Origin: an uncultured Chloroflexia bacterium
GTDB lineage: Bacteria; Chloroflexota; Limnocylindria; Limnocylindrales; CSP1-4
NCBI GenBank assembly: GCA_963749705.1
Contig: CAVVNQ010000015.1
Location: forward strand, 416,001-480,000
DNA: 64,000 nt
Direction: 5' to 3'
Shown here: positions 1-10,436 of the stretch, piece by piece
Numbering within the stretch: position 1 is the stretch's first letter
Layout of the letters: every line of letters starts with the position of its first letter
Made by a program: the position numbers and the translations under genes
The notes under the pieces: generated by a model
Seen by the model: the letters and a program-made list of their open reading frames with translations, nothing else
Told to the model about the DNA's origin: nothing
The model's database searches: none

Positions 1-2
1 CC

Positions 3-1028
3 GGGCGGGCCCAGGCCGTGGACCTGTCGAAGATGCCCCACCTGCTGATCGCGGGCGCCACCGGCTCGGGCAAGAGCGTGATGGTCAACGCGCTGATCAC
101 CAGCCTGCTGTGCAACGCGACCCCGGACGACACCCGGATGATCCTGATGGACCTCAAGCGGGTCGAGCTGGCAGGCTACAACGGCCTGCCGCACCTGCTG
201 GTGCCGGTGATCACGGAGCCCGAGCGCGCCAAGGCCGCGCTCAAGTGGGCGGTGGGCGAGATGGAGAACCGGTATCGCCGGTTCGCCGGCGCCACGGCGC
301 GCAACATCAAGGCGTTCAACGAGACGAGGGTGGATCCGGCCGACCGCCTGCCGTACATCGTGATCGTGGTCGACGAGCTCGCCGACCTGATGATGCGCGA
401 GGGCAAGAACGTCGAGGATCCGATCGTCCGGCTCGCCCAGAAGGCCCGGGCAACCGGGATCCACATGGTGCTCGCGACACAGCGCCCGTCGGTCAACGTC
501 GTCACCGGCCTGATCAAGGCCAACTTCCCCAGCCGGATCGCGTTCGCGATGGCGTCCCAGATCGACAGCCGCACGATCCTCGATTCACCGGGCGCCGAGG
601 ACCTCATCGGCCGGGGCGACATGCTCTACCAGCCAAGCGACCTGCCACGCCCGATGCGCCTGCAGGGGGTGTTCGTGTCCGACGCCGAGATCGGCAAGGT
701 GACCCAGCACTGGCGTGACCAGATCGGCGATCCGCACTATGACCTCTCGATCGTGGACTCCGGTGACGAGTCCCAGGGCAGCGTGGAGGACACGCCGGAC
801 GAGGATGCCGACCGGCTGCTGCAGGATGCCGTATCGGTCGTTCGGGAGTACGATCGGGCCTCGGCATCGCTGCTCCAGCGACGCCTGCGCATCGGCTACG
901 CGCGGGCGGCAAGGATCATCGATCAGCTTGAAGCGCGAGGGTACGTCGGGGCATTCGACGGCTCGAATGCCCGGGTCGTCCTCCGCCGGGATGATGGTCC
1001 GGGCGACATGGACGAGGGCAACGGATGA
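3..1028 (+). CDS. ftsK: DNA translocase FtsK/SpoIIIE, C-terminal part (5' truncated by window edge)
   Basis: MPHLLIAGATGSGKS Walker A, IVVDELADLM Walker B, LATQRPSV, and C-terminal gamma domain ASASLLQRRLRIGYARAARIIDQLE; frame is open to the window start. Confidence 0.97.
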   Translation, partial: GRAQAVDLSKMPHLLIAGATGSGKSVMVNALITSLLCNATPDDTRMILMDLKRVELAGYNGLPHLLVPVITEPERAKAALKWAVGEMENRYRRFAGATARNIKAFNETRVDPADRLPYIVIVVDELADLMMREGKNVEDPIVRLAQKARATGIHMVLATQRPSVNVVTGLIKANFPSRIAFAMASQIDSRTILDSPGAEDLIGRGDMLYQPSDLPRPMRLQGVFVSDAEIGKVTQHWRDQIGDPHYDLSIVDSGDESQGSVEDTPDEDADRLLQDAVSVVREYDRASASLLQRRLRIGYARAARIIDQLEARGYVGAFDGSNARVVLRRDDGPGDMDEGNG

Positions 1029-2401
1029 CGGCGCGAGACGAGCTGCGGAGGGCGCGCGGGGAGACCCGTGATTCGGACCGCGCCTACGCGACCGAGGCCG
1101 GTCCGGATCTCCCGGAGCGGCTGACCGCCGCGCGCGAGCACAAGGGCGTCGACCTGTACCGCGCCGAGCGCGACACCAAGATCCGCGTCCACTACCTGGC
1201 CGCGCTCGAGCGGGGCGAGTACCGCGAGCTGCCGGGAGCCGTGTACACCAAGGGCTTCCTGCGCAACTACGCGCTGTACCTCGGGCTCGATCCGGACGAC
1301 GTCATCCGGCAGTGGAAGCGCGAGCGGGGAGGCGCCGCGATCCCGGCCGAGCCGGTGCTGGCCGTTCCAAAGCCATTGACGGCACCGCGGGCGGGACTGG
1401 TGTTCTCGCCGGTCGTCATCGTCGCCGCGCTCCTGACCGTGCTCATCGCCGTGTTCGCGGTGTACATCGGGATCCAGCTCGTGCGGTTCGCCAAGCCGCC
1501 CACGCTCGCGGTCACGAGCCCGGCGCAGGCGGTGATCGACGTCGCCGAGGATGCGACGTCCTACACCCTGCGCGGCACGTCGATCCCGGGCGCGACGATC
1601 ACGATCGACGCCGCGGGGCGGGACCAGCCGTACCGGGTCTCGGCCGATGCCAGCGGGCGCTGGACCGCCGACGTCGAGCTCCGCCGCGGCCGGAACCAGT
1701 TCGACATCAGCGCGCTCGATCCCGAGACCGGCAAGGAGGCAGAGACGCCGGCACGCGTGTTCATCACGGTGCCGTTCCTGGTCATCGAGGCGCCAACGCT
1801 GACCGTCGATTCGCCCGCCGAGGGAGCCCAGTTCGAGAACGGGGCGATCCCCGTCAAGGGCATGACGACCAACGCGGTGACGGTCACGGTCTCGGCGAAC
1901 CTGGTCGCGGACGCGACCGGCACGCCCACGGCCACCCCGGACCCATCCGCATCACCCGGTCCGCCGGCGGTCGGTCCGGTGACCGTCGATGTCGGCACGG
2001 ACGGGTCGTTCGACACCCCCCTCGACCTGTCGGCCGGCCAGTGGCAGATCGTGATGACCGCCACGTCCGCGGGTGGCAAGGCGGTCACCCTGACCCGCAA
2101 CGTGTCGATCAAGTACCAGGGCGTCAACCTCGTGATCACGATCCAGTCGTCGCGTGCCTGGCTCAAGGTCTGGGTGGACGGCAAGGTGTCCAGCGTCACC
2201 GGGCAGGCGGGCACGATCTACCAGCCCGGCAAGGTCCTGACATTCACGGCCAAGGAGTCGATCGAGGTCCGGACGGGCAAGTCGAGCTCGACCTACTTCA
2301 CGCTCAACGGCAAGGACCTGGGCCGGATGTCGACCAAGGGCAACCCGGAGACGTGGCTGTTCGCCCCGCCGGCCGACCCGGTCAAGACCAACCGCACCTG
2401 A
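1025..2401 (+). CDS. rodZ: RodZ-like protein: N-terminal HTH, one TM helix, Ig-like extracytoplasmic repeats, DUF4115-like C-terminus
   Basis: [39 protein letters not shown] RodZ HTH signature; hydrophobic helix; position after ftsK matches the usual ftsK-rodZ-cinA context. Confidence 0.85.
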   Translation: MTARDELRRARGETRDSDRAYATEAGPDLPERLTAAREHKGVDLYRAERDTKIRVHYLAALERGEYRELPGAVYTKGFLRNYALYLGLDPDDVIRQWKRERGGAAIPAEPVLAVPKPLTAPRAGLVFSPVVIVAALLTVLIAVFAVYIGIQLVRFAKPPTLAVTSPAQAVIDVAEDATSYTLRGTSIPGATITIDAAGRDQPYRVSADASGRWTADVELRRGRNQFDISALDPETGKEAETPARVFITVPFLVIEAPTLTVDSPAEGAQFENGAIPVKGMTTNAVTVTVSANLVADATGTPTATPDPSASPGPPAVGPVTVDVGTDGSFDTPLDLSAGQWQIVMTATSAGGKAVTLTRNVSIKYQGVNLVITIQSSRAWLKVWVDGKVSSVTGQAGTIYQPGKVLTFTAKESIEVRTGKSSSTYFTLNGKDLGRMSTKGNPETWLFAPPADPVKTNRT

Positions 2402-2403
2402 TC

Positions 2404-2913
2404 GTGCCCGGCGACGAGCTCGTCGATCTGGCGCGCCGCCTGCAGGTCGCCTGCGTGGCCCGCGGCATGAGCGTCGCGACGGCCGAATCGTGCACCGGCG
2501 GGCTGGTCGCGCACGTGCTCACGGAGGTGCCGGGCTCGTCCGCGTACGTTCGCGGCGGGGTCGTCGCCTACGCGGACGACGTCAAGCGCGATGTGCTGGG
2601 CGTGCCCGGTGCCATCCTCGCCGCCCATGGAGCGGTATCGGCGCAGGTGGCCGTGGCCATGGCCGAGGGAGTCTGCCGCCATCTCGGGACCGACCTCGGG
2701 GTCGGGGTGACCGGGGTCGCCGGACCCGGCGGGGGTACGGACGCCAAGCCGGTGGGGCTCGTGTACATCGCGGTGGCCGGCCACGGCCCGACGACGGTGC
2801 GGCGGTTCCAGTGGGATGGGGACCGGTCCGCCAACAAGCGCGACAGCGCGCGCTCGGCCCTCGAGCTGCTGGTCGAGCAGGTGGAGCTCGTCGCGCCGGA
2901 TGGCGGCCGGTGA
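2404..2913 (+). CDS. cinA: CinA C-terminal domain protein (nicotinamide-nucleotide amidohydrolase PncC)
   Basis: [45 protein letters not shown] motifs; GTG at 2404 is in frame with ORF 1312..2913. Confidence 0.93.
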   Translation: MPGDELVDLARRLQVACVARGMSVATAESCTGGLVAHVLTEVPGSSAYVRGGVVAYADDVKRDVLGVPGAILAAHGAVSAQVAVAMAEGVCRHLGTDLGVGVTGVAGPGGGTDAKPVGLVYIAVAGHGPTTVRRFQWDGDRSANKRDSARSALELLVEQVELVAPDGGR

Positions 2914-4493
2914 GCGTGCGCGGCGCCGCGGAGATCGGCGCCGGCCTCGAGCCGGCCCGCGAGGCGCGGCCGATCCGCGACGGGGAGCGACTCCACGTCG
3001 TCGGTGTTGCCGGGGCCGGGGCGTCCGCGGCGGCACTGCTCGCGCACTGGTCCGGTGCCGTGGTCGATGGGTGCGATCCCGCCGGCGCCGGGCCATACAC
3101 GCCACCGCTCGCCGCCGCCGGCATCCCGATCGCGGCGGCCCATGATCCGGCGCACGTGCGAACGACGCCGCCGCCCGCGCGGCTCGCGGTCACCAAGGCA
3201 TTGACGGCGATCGACCCGTACCACCCGGAGCTCGCGGCGGCCCGCGATGCCGGGATCCCGCTCGAGTCCTGGCAGCAGGTCGTCGCCGATTCCGCGTTCG
3301 ACCGCACCCTGGCCGCGGTCGCCGGGACGCACGGCAAGAGCACCTCGGCAGGCTGGCTCGTCCACGTGCTCGCCGCTGGTGGTCTCGATCCGGGAGCGTT
3401 CGTCGGGGCGCTGCTGCCGGGATCCCTGACCACGATCGGGCTGGCGGCGACCGCGCGCCGTGGCCAGGGGACGGCGTTCGTGGTCGAGGCGGACGAGTAC
3501 GCCGGCAACTTCGACGCGTACCGGCCGGACGTGATCGTGCTGACATCGGCGGAATGGGACCACCCCGACGTGTTCACCGATCGATCCGCGGTGATCGACG
3601 CGTTCGAGGCCTGGATCCGCCAGGCCGGGGAGTCGGGGCGTGCCCGAGGGCGGACGCCGGTGCTGGTGGCGAACGTGGCCGACACCGGGGTCGCCGAGCT
3701 CGCGACGCGGCTGGCCGACTGGCCGGGCCGGATCGTCGCCACGGCGGTCGCCGACGTGGCGCCGCAGCGGGTCGGGGGCTTCGCGCGGGGGATCGCTGAC
3801 CGGTTCGGCACACCGGCCGGCCCGGCCCATGCGCTGCTGGGACGGATCACGGCGGCGCTCCCGGAGGCGACGCTGATCGACATCGCGGGGCTTGATCCCC
3901 TGGCCGGGCCGTTGCCCGTCCGGATCGCGACGGCGGGACGCCACAATGTCGCCAACGCGCTCGGCGTGGCCGGTGCTGCCACCGCGCTCGGGCTCGCGCC
4001 CTCCGCCATCGTCGATGGCCTGGCCTCGTTCGAGGGTGTCGGCCGCCGGCTGGAGCGCAAGGGGGAGGCTCGCGGCGTCGTGGTGTACGACGACTACGGG
4101 CACCACCCGACCGCGATCCGGGAGACGCTCGCGGCCGTTCGCCAGCGGGAGCCGGGACGCCGGGTATGGGCGGTCTACGAGCCGCTCACCTACCACCGGA
4201 CCGCGGCCCTCCTGGACCAGTTCGCCGAGGTGCTTGCCGGCGCCGACGCCGTCGCGATCGCCGACATCTGGGCGGGCCGGGACCCGGACACGACGGTCGC
4301 GTCCGCCGCGGAGCTGACCCGAGCGGTCGCGATGCGGGCACCAGGCATCCCGTGCGCCGCACCCGGGTCGGTGGAATCGACGGCGACCTGGCTGGCCGGC
4401 GAGGTTCGCCCGGGCGATGCGGTCCTGGTCATGGGCGGCGGACGCTCGTACCGGATCGGCGAGCTCCTGCTCGAGCACCTGGCCGGCGCATGA
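2910..4493 (+). CDS. murC: UDP-N-acetylmuramate--L-alanine ligase (MurC/Mpl family)
   Basis: [43 protein letters not shown] motifs; GTG overlaps the cinA stop. Confidence 0.88.
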   Translation: MSVRGAAEIGAGLEPAREARPIRDGERLHVVGVAGAGASAAALLAHWSGAVVDGCDPAGAGPYTPPLAAAGIPIAAAHDPAHVRTTPPPARLAVTKALTAIDPYHPELAAARDAGIPLESWQQVVADSAFDRTLAAVAGTHGKSTSAGWLVHVLAAGGLDPGAFVGALLPGSLTTIGLAATARRGQGTAFVVEADEYAGNFDAYRPDVIVLTSAEWDHPDVFTDRSAVIDAFEAWIRQAGESGRARGRTPVLVANVADTGVAELATRLADWPGRIVATAVADVAPQRVGGFARGIADRFGTPAGPAHALLGRITAALPEATLIDIAGLDPLAGPLPVRIATAGRHNVANALGVAGAATALGLAPSAIVDGLASFEGVGRRLERKGEARGVVVYDDYGHHPTAIRETLAAVRQREPGRRVWAVYEPLTYHRTAALLDQFAEVLAGADAVAIADIWAGRDPDTTVASAAELTRAVAMRAPGIPCAAPGSVESTATWLAGEVRPGDAVLVMGGGRSYRIGELLLEHLAGA

Positions 4494-4876
4494 CGATCGA
4501 CTACGCGCACGGCCATGACATCCTCGAGGCGCTCGTCCGTGCGCGGATGGCGTACGACGGGGACGCCTACACCGACCTGTTCGACGAGCGTGGGGAGCTC
4601 GTGCTCGACCCGTTCGACGCGCCGCTCGCCGGACACAACGCGCTGCGGGCATACTTGCTCCAGGCGGCCGAGGACGAGCGGTACTACGACCAGGCGATCG
4701 AGCGCCACTGGGTCGTCCGCGACATGATCCTCGCCGCGTGGCACGCCAGCTGGACCCGTCGCGCCGACGAGGCGAAGGTCCGGCAGGCCGGTTTCCTCTC
4801 CGCCGAGGTTGGGGAGGACGGACGCATCACGCGTCTGCGACTGTGGACCGTCGCCCGCGAGCACCTCGCGGGCTGA
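4490..4876 (+). CDS. NTF2-like/SnoaL-like domain protein
   Basis: 128 aa, YTDLFDE...DPFDAPLAGHNALRAY...GRITRLRLW pattern typical of SnoaL-like folds; ATGA overlap with murC. Confidence 0.75.
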   Translation: MTIDYAHGHDILEALVRARMAYDGDAYTDLFDERGELVLDPFDAPLAGHNALRAYLLQAAEDERYYDQAIERHWVVRDMILAAWHASWTRRADEAKVRQAGFLSAEVGEDGRITRLRLWTVAREHLAG

Positions 4877-4892
4877 GCAGGAAGGAGGAGGG

Positions 4893-5384
4893 ATGGCGGG
4901 CGAGATCTCGTTCGACGTCGTCTCGGACTTCGATCAGCAGGAGCTTCGCAACGCGCTCGACCAGGTCCGGCGCGAGGTGATCCAGCGCTACGACTTCAAG
5001 GGCGCCAAGGTCGACATCGCACAGGAGAAGGACCAGCTGCTGCTGGTCACCGACAGCGAGATGCGTGCTCGCGCCGTCCGAGACCTCATCGAGTCGAAGG
5101 CGGTGCGGCGAAGCCTGTCGCTCAAGATCTTCGACTGGGGTGAGGTCGAGCCTGCGGGCGGCAACCTGGTGCGCCAGCGGATCGGGCTCCGGCGCGGGCT
5201 GCCGGACGACCTGGCCCGGAAGCTGGTCAAGCTGATCCGCGACGACTTCCCGAAGGTGCAGCCCCGGATCCAGGGCGACGCCATCCGGGTCGCCGCGAAG
5301 AGCAAGGACGAGCTCCAGCGAGTGATCGTCCGGTTGCGCGAGCTGGACGAGGCCGTCCCGCTCCAGTTCGAGAACTACCGCTAG
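4893..5384 (+). CDS. yajQ: YajQ family nucleotide/c-di-GMP-binding protein
   Basis: SFDVVS-D-QELRNALDQ...RYDFKG and C-terminal PLQFENYR; strong RBS GGAGGAGG. Confidence 0.95.
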   Translation: MAGEISFDVVSDFDQQELRNALDQVRREVIQRYDFKGAKVDIAQEKDQLLLVTDSEMRARAVRDLIESKAVRRSLSLKIFDWGEVEPAGGNLVRQRIGLRRGLPDDLARKLVKLIRDDFPKVQPRIQGDAIRVAAKSKDELQRVIVRLRELDEAVPLQFENYR

Positions 5385-5395
5385 GGAGGTATGCC

Positions 5396-5506
5396 GTGCC
5401 CGGAGCCCGTGCGGCCCGGATCGTCATGATCATCGTCGCCATCATGGTGGTGGCCGGGCTCCTCGCGGCGATGCTCGCCGCACCGAGCGTCGTCGCCCCG
5501 AGCTGA
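5396..5506 (+). CDS. Small (36 aa) single-pass membrane peptide, not in ORF track
   Basis: GGAGGT RBS at 5385-5390, GTG at 5396; translates MPGARAARIVMIIVAIMVVAGLLAAMLAAPSVVAPS; stop TGA 5504-5506. Confidence 0.6.
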   Translation: MPGARAARIVMIIVAIMVVAGLLAAMLAAPSVVAPS

Positions 5507-5582
5507 TCCAGCGCGCCGCATCCAGTTCGCATGCCCCGGCTTCGGGCGGACCGCCGTCCCCGCCGGTCACCAGGAGGTCGCG

Positions 5583-7622
5583 ATGCAACCCCAGCCCGAC
5601 CAGCCGCCCGTTTCCGAGGCACCCGCCGTCGATGAGGACCCCATCACCCCGGACGAGGCGCTTCCGCCCGGCGATGAGCCCGTCGCAGGCGATGAGGCAG
5701 CCACCAGCGACGAGCCAGCCACCAGCGAGGTGTCGCCGGCGGGCGACGAGCCCGCTCCCGCCCTGGAGCCGGAGGCGCCGGCCGACATCGTGGCCGATGC
5801 GCCGGCCACCAGCGATCAGCCGCCGGCGGGCGACGTGCCCGCCATAGGCGATGAGCCAGCTGAGCCGCCGGCTGTCGATGAGCCGGCCACCAGCAAGCCC
5901 GCCGACGGGGAAACGCCGCCCGAGCCCGCCTCACCCGAGGCCCCGACCATCCCGCGCACGGTCGCCGAGCTGATCGCGGCGACGCTCCGCGCCGCGGGCG
6001 TTCGTCTCGCGTTCACCGTCCCGGGCGAGAGCTTCCTGCCCGTGCTCGACGCGTTCGAGACCGTCGGGATCCGCGTCGTGGCAACCCGCCACGAAGGCGC
6101 GGCTGCGTTCGCGGCCGAGGCGTACGGCCAGCTCACCGGGCGGCCCGCGGTGTGCCTCGGCACGCGTGCCGTCGGTGCCGCGAACCTGGCGATCGGGGTG
6201 CACACCGCAACCGCGGACTCGACGCCCATGTTCGTCCTGATCGGCAACGTCACGTCGGAGGTCAGGGGTCGCGAATCATTCCAGGAGGCCGATCTCGTCG
6301 GCACGCTGGGCCGCCTGGCGAAGTGGACGGGCGAGATCGAGGATCCTGCGCAGGCGGCGGGGACCCTCGAGACGGCCGTGCGCGCGACCGTCGAGGGCCG
6401 GCCGGGCCCATCGGTCCTGGTCGTCCCCGAGGACGTCCTCGCGCTGGCGATCCCGGAGGGCACCGTCGCACCCGTCGTCCGGCCGCATCCGGAGCCGCCC
6501 GACACCGCCGACGTGCGAGCGGTTCTCCATTTCCTGGCCGGGGCCGAGCGTCCGCTGATCCTGGCCGGTGCGGGCGTGCTCCGGGCGCGATGCTCGAACG
6601 ACCTCGTGCGGCTGGCCGAGCTGCTGCACGTCCCGGTCGTTGCGAGCTGGCGTCGCGGTGACGTGATCCCGAACGATCACCCGCTGTACCTGGGCATGAC
6701 CGGCTACGGCAGCCCCTCGATCGTGCGGGAGCGGATCGCGGCCGCGGACGCGCTGCTCGTGCTCGGCTCGCGGCTCAACGAGCCGACGACCTCCGGCTAC
6801 CGGGTCCCCGCACCCGGCCAGCGCTGGATGCACGTGGATCTCGAACCTCGTGAAGGCGCGATCGGTGACACGCCGGCGCCGGTTCGGGCGATCCGGGCCG
6901 ATGCCCGAGCGTTCGTCCGGGCGGCGCTCACGAGGCTCAGGGAGGCCGTCCTGCTGGCCCAGCCACTCCAGGCGAGGGATCGGCACAACCCGGCCGATCG
7001 GGCGGCCTGGGAGGCCGCGACGATCGTCGACGACAGCGCGTGGGACGGACCCGGCATCCATCCCGGCCGGATCGTGACCGAGCTGCGGCGGCTGCTGCCG
7101 GAGGACGCGATCATCACGACCGACGCCGGCGGGTTTGCCGGCTGGGCCGCACGGGGCTTCCGGTTCGGCCGCCCGGGGACGTTTCTCGGGCCGACCTCGG
7201 GCGCGATGGGCTACGGGCTCCCGGCGGCGATCGCCGCCGCGCTCGTCCACCGCGAGCGACGGGTCGTCGCCCTGCTCGGCGATGGCGGCCTGGGCATGAC
7301 CCTCGCGGAGCTCGAGACGGCCGTACGGGTCGACGCCCACGTGGTCGCGATCGTGTTCGACAACGAGTCATACGGGATGATCCGCGGGCACCAGGGGCTG
7401 AGCGGCAGCCCGACGCTGCCCGGGACCAACCTGGGCCCGTTGGACTTCGCGGCGGTCGCGCGGGCGTGTGGCGCACGAGGGGTGCGAGTGGACACCGACT
7501 CGGCATTCGAGCCGGCGCTGCGCACCGCGCTGGCCGCGTCCGGCCCGACCGTGATCCACCTTGCGCTGGACGCCCGGTGGGTCTCGGTGGACGACCATCC
7601 GGGCGTGACGCCCGCTCCATGA
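5583..7622 (+). CDS. Thiamine pyrophosphate-binding protein (acetolactate synthase large subunit-like) with acidic repetitive N-terminal extension
   Basis: VPGESFL, RHEGAAAFAAEAYG, SGAMGYGLPAAI, GDGG...VFDN TPP motif; RBS AGGAGG upstream. Confidence 0.9.
   Translation: MQPQPDQPPVSEAPAVDEDPITPDEALPPGDEPVAGDEAATSDEPATSEVSPAGDEPAPALEPEAPADIVADAPATSDQPPAGDVPAIGDEPAEPPAVDEPATSKPADGETPPEPASPEAPTIPRTVAELIAATLRAAGVRLAFTVPGESFLPVLDAFETVGIRVVATRHEGAAAFAAEAYGQLTGRPAVCLGTRAVGAANLAIGVHTATADSTPMFVLIGNVTSEVRGRESFQEADLVGTLGRLAKWTGEIEDPAQAAGTLETAVRATVEGRPGPSVLVVPEDVLALAIPEGTVAPVVRPHPEPPDTADVRAVLHFLAGAERPLILAGAGVLRARCSNDLVRLAELLHVPVVASWRRGDVIPNDHPLYLGMTGYGSPSIVRERIAAADALLVLGSRLNEPTTSGYRVPAPGQRWMHVDLEPREGAIGDTPAPVRAIRADARAFVRAALTRLREAVLLAQPLQARDRHNPADRAAWEAATIVDDSAWDGPGIHPGRIVTELRRLLPEDAIITTDAGGFAGWAARGFRFGRPGTFLGPTSGAMGYGLPAAIAAALVHRERRVVALLGDGGLGMTLAELETAVRVDAHVVAIVFDNESYGMIRGHQGLSGSPTLPGTNLGPLDFAAVARACGARGVRVDTDSAFEPALRTALAASGPTVIHLALDARWVSVDDHPGVTPAP
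5631..5900 (+). repeat. Degenerate ~18-bp coding repeats (GDEPxx / DEPATS units)
   Basis: Recurrent gatgagcc..gccaccagc units encoding GDEPVAGDEAATSDEPATSE...GDEP...DEPATS. Confidence 0.7.
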
Positions 7623-7961
7623 CTCGGCCCACGCTGCACCTCGTCCCGGAGGCCGTCTGGGATGCCCACGACGCGGGTGCGCCGTACCTGCCCGCCGCAT
7701 ACCCCGATGACGGGTTCGTGCACTGCACGGATGGCGACGAGCTGATGGTCGACGTCGCGAACCGGTTCTACCGCGACGACCCGCGGCCGTTCCTGCTGCT
7801 GACGCTCGACCTCGAGCGGACCGGCAGCCCGTGGCGGTTCGACGACGCCGGTCGGAAGTACCCGCACGTGTACGGGCCGATCGACCCGGCCTCGGTGCTC
7901 GACGTTCGGCGGCTGGCTCGCGATCCGGACGGAACGTTCGTGCGGCATCATCGCGCGCTGA
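7619..7961 (+). CDS. DUF952 family protein; apparent 1-nt insertion near 7942 removes the in-frame stop
   Basis: GFVHCT, VANRFY, LLLTLD, YPHVYGPID motifs. Removing one base gives ...DGTFVGIIAR* ending at TGA 7959-7961, followed by a hairpin. Confidence 0.8.
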
Positions 7962-7998
7962 GCCGGCGACCCGCGAGGATCCGGCGAGGATCGCCGGC
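7962..7998. terminator. GC-rich hairpin between convergent genes
   Basis: GCCGGCGA (7962-7969) pairs with TCGCCGGC (7991-7998); no U-tract. Confidence 0.35.
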
Positions 7999-8053
7999 CT
8001 GCCGCGACCGGCGACCGCCCCAGTGTCCGTCGACGCGCCCGGCGGGACGCCCT

Positions 8054-9289
8054 TCAGGTGCCGGCGACGTCCTGGCGCGGCGGCGTCCGCGGGATGAGCC
8101 ACCAGGCGACCAGCGCGCCCAGTGCCGTCGCGACCACGGCCACCGCGAGTGCCGCCTCGATGCTGATCCCGACGAGCACGCCGCCGATGGCGGCCCCGAA
8201 CGGGTAGCCGAGGAAGTTGAGCGACATCGACACTGCGAACGCGCGACCCAGCCAGGCCGGATCCGTCCGGCGCTGGCGCAGCGTGAACAGGGCGACGTCG
8301 AGCGGGCCGTTGAGGAACCCGGTGATCGCCATGATCGCGATCAGCACGGCGAGGGTGGGGGAGGCGAGCAGGACGGCCGTGGCCACGGCCATGCCGGCCA
8401 TCGGCAGCATGAGCATCTGCCGCTCGCGTCCCTGTGTGCGCCACCGGCCCGCCAGCAGCGCGCCGACGCCGCCCGTGACGCCGGACACCGCGAACACCGC
8501 GCCCACGACGGCTTCGCCCTGGCCCAGGCGCTGGAGGACGAGCACGGGCAGTGCGATCGTCACGATGCCCCAGCCCACGTTGAGGATCGCGAGCGAGATC
8601 CCGAGCGCTCGAAGCGTCGGGTTGAGCAGCGTGTAGCGAAGCCCCTGCCAGGCGTCCACGAGGAGCTTGCCCGTCGATTCGGTCTCGTTGTGCGGATCGG
8701 CCACGCGAACGAACACCACGGCCGCGATCCCGAACAGCGCGCCGATCACGAGCAGCGTCCGTGGACCACCGGCCAGCTGGACCAGGAGGCCGGCCGCGGG
8801 GGGCCCGATGAGGGTCGCGATGACGTAGCCGTTGGAGTCGAGCGCGTTGACGCGCTCCCACAGGCGCTTCGGGACGAGCAGCGGGAACAGCGTGCGCAGC
8901 CCGACCGAGCTGAGCGGTGCCGTGAGCCCCGCGACGGCGGTGACCAGCACCAGGATCACCGGGGTGAGGGCGTCGGTGAGTGCCAGGCCGGCGATCAGGA
9001 TCAGCGACGCGGCGCCGACGAGCTGGTCGATCACGATCAGCCGCGCCCGTCCGTGCCGATCGAGCAGCGCCCCGGCGATCGGGCTGACGATCAGGCCGGG
9101 ACCGACGCTCGCAAACGTGACCAGCCCGGCGAGGGCAGGGGAGTCGAACCGGTCGAGGGTGAACAGCACGATCGCGACGCCGAACATGCTGCCGCCGATC
9201 CGGCTGAGCGCCATGCCCAGCAGGATCCGACCGATCGTCGGGATCCGGAGCAGCTCGCGATACGAGGCGGGACCTTCGGTATGGGGCAT
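8054..9289 (-). CDS. MFS transporter (DHA3/macrolide efflux-like)
   Basis: About 12 hydrophobic segments, AGALLDRHGR motif A, LGRAFAV C-terminal motif. Confidence 0.9.
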   Translation of the reverse strand: MPHTEGPASYRELLRIPTIGRILLGMALSRIGGSMFGVAIVLFTLDRFDSPALAGLVTFASVGPGLIVSPIAGALLDRHGRARLIVIDQLVGAASLILIAGLALTDALTPVILVLVTAVAGLTAPLSSVGLRTLFPLLVPKRLWERVNALDSNGYVIATLIGPPAAGLLVQLAGGPRTLLVIGALFGIAAVVFVRVADPHNETESTGKLLVDAWQGLRYTLLNPTLRALGISLAILNVGWGIVTIALPVLVLQRLGQGEAVVGAVFAVSGVTGGVGALLAGRWRTQGRERQMLMLPMAGMAVATAVLLASPTLAVLIAIMAITGFLNGPLDVALFTLRQRRTDPAWLGRAFAVSMSLNFLGYPFGAAIGGVLVGISIEAALAVAVVATALGALVAWWLIPRTPPRQDVAGT

Positions 9290-9385
9290 CGAGCGGACGC
9301 TATCAGACGCCGAACCCTCGGCGCCGGCCCGGTCACGATCGCTGGCGATGCCCTCCGCGCGCCGGCTGGCGGCCCGGCCGGCGGC

Positions 9386-9871
9386 TCAGCTGCGATGGCG
9401 ACGAGGGGTGTGGGCACGGCCGACGAACCCGGGGCGTCGAAGGACGAGCCCCCCGATCGCAGCCAGGCTGATCCCGGTCAAGACAGGGACCGCCGCCTTC
9501 GCCGCTCGCGGTGGCAGGATCAGCTCGAAGAACGGAACGGGATCGCCCCATTCGGCCTGCAGCGGCCCGACAGGGCAGTTGCCGTGCCCGACGACGAGCG
9601 CGGCTCCCTCGCTGACCAGGAACGCGACGCTGGCCCAGACCTTGTATGTCCGTCGGCGCGTTGCGACGCACGCCCAGATGTAGGCAAGGCACCCGAGCTG
9701 TGCCACCGACCACGAAGCGTGGGCGATGCGCCAGGCCTTGGCGCGTGGTGGCAGCGACTGCCACGTCACCAAACCATCGTCCCCAACAGAGACCTCCCGC
9801 CTCGGCCGACGCGTACCCCCGGCCCTTGTTGTGACCAATCTCCCGACCAGCGTACGGCGAGAAAGTGACAT
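9386..9871 (-). CDS. Hypothetical membrane protein (start uncertain)
   Basis: Hydrophobic helices with GNCPVG...GDPVPFFELILPPRAAK core; true start may lie near 9772. Confidence 0.6.
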   Translation of the reverse strand: MSLSRRTLVGRLVTTRAGGTRRPRREVSVGDDGLVTWQSLPPRAKAWRIAHASWSVAQLGCLAYIWACVATRRRTYKVWASVAFLVSEGAALVVGHGNCPVGPLQAEWGDPVPFFELILPPRAAKAAVPVLTGISLAAIGGLVLRRPGFVGRAHTPRRHRS

Positions 9872-10015
9872 TCGGCGGTTTAGCCCTTCCCCAAACGGCC
9901 CGCAGGCTTCCTGGATGCGTTCGGCGGTCGCGGACGGGAGCGGAGGAGTCGCATGAGTCTGGGAGCTTCAGCGGAGTCCATCCAGGACACACGGAGCACG
10001 AAGGAACGCTCGAGA

Positions 10016-10294
10016 ATGGAACTGGCCTTCAACGTTGTCGTCTTCACCCTGTTCCTCGTTCTCTGGATAGCCTTCACGTATGGCCTGGTGGCGAACCAGG
10101 GTGGCCTGGACAACATCTGGAAGGCGATCCAGGGCCTGCCCCTCATCGCCCAGGTGATCGTGTGGCTGCTGTTCCTGCCAGTCACGGCCGGGCTGTGGAT
10201 CTGGGAGGCGTCGTGGCCGCTGCTGGTCCGACTGCCCCTCGTGGCGGCATTGGCGGGCTGGAACATCTGGATGTTCTTCCCGTTCAAGAGCTGA
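10016..10294 (+). CDS. Hypothetical Trp-rich membrane protein (92 aa)
   Basis: AAGGA RBS, three hydrophobic segments, GC3-biased codons. Confidence 0.75.
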   Translation: MELAFNVVVFTLFLVLWIAFTYGLVANQGGLDNIWKAIQGLPLIAQVIVWLLFLPVTAGLWIWEASWPLLVRLPLVAALAGWNIWMFFPFKS

Positions 10295-10436
10295 CGCCGT
10301 GCCTTACTGACTGCCCGGACGAGGACGCGCAAGACGGTCCGCCAACTCAGGTCCAGAAAGCACTTCATCGAACCGTGGCGGGACCGGATTCTCTCCGCGG
10401 CGAGCGTCTGACACGGGCGCGATGGTTCCGGACGGG

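Noticed and set aside
7040-9868. 942-aa ORF containing DUF952
   Set aside because: Artefact of a frameshift plus antisense read-through of the MFS gene; only 7619-7961 looks coding.
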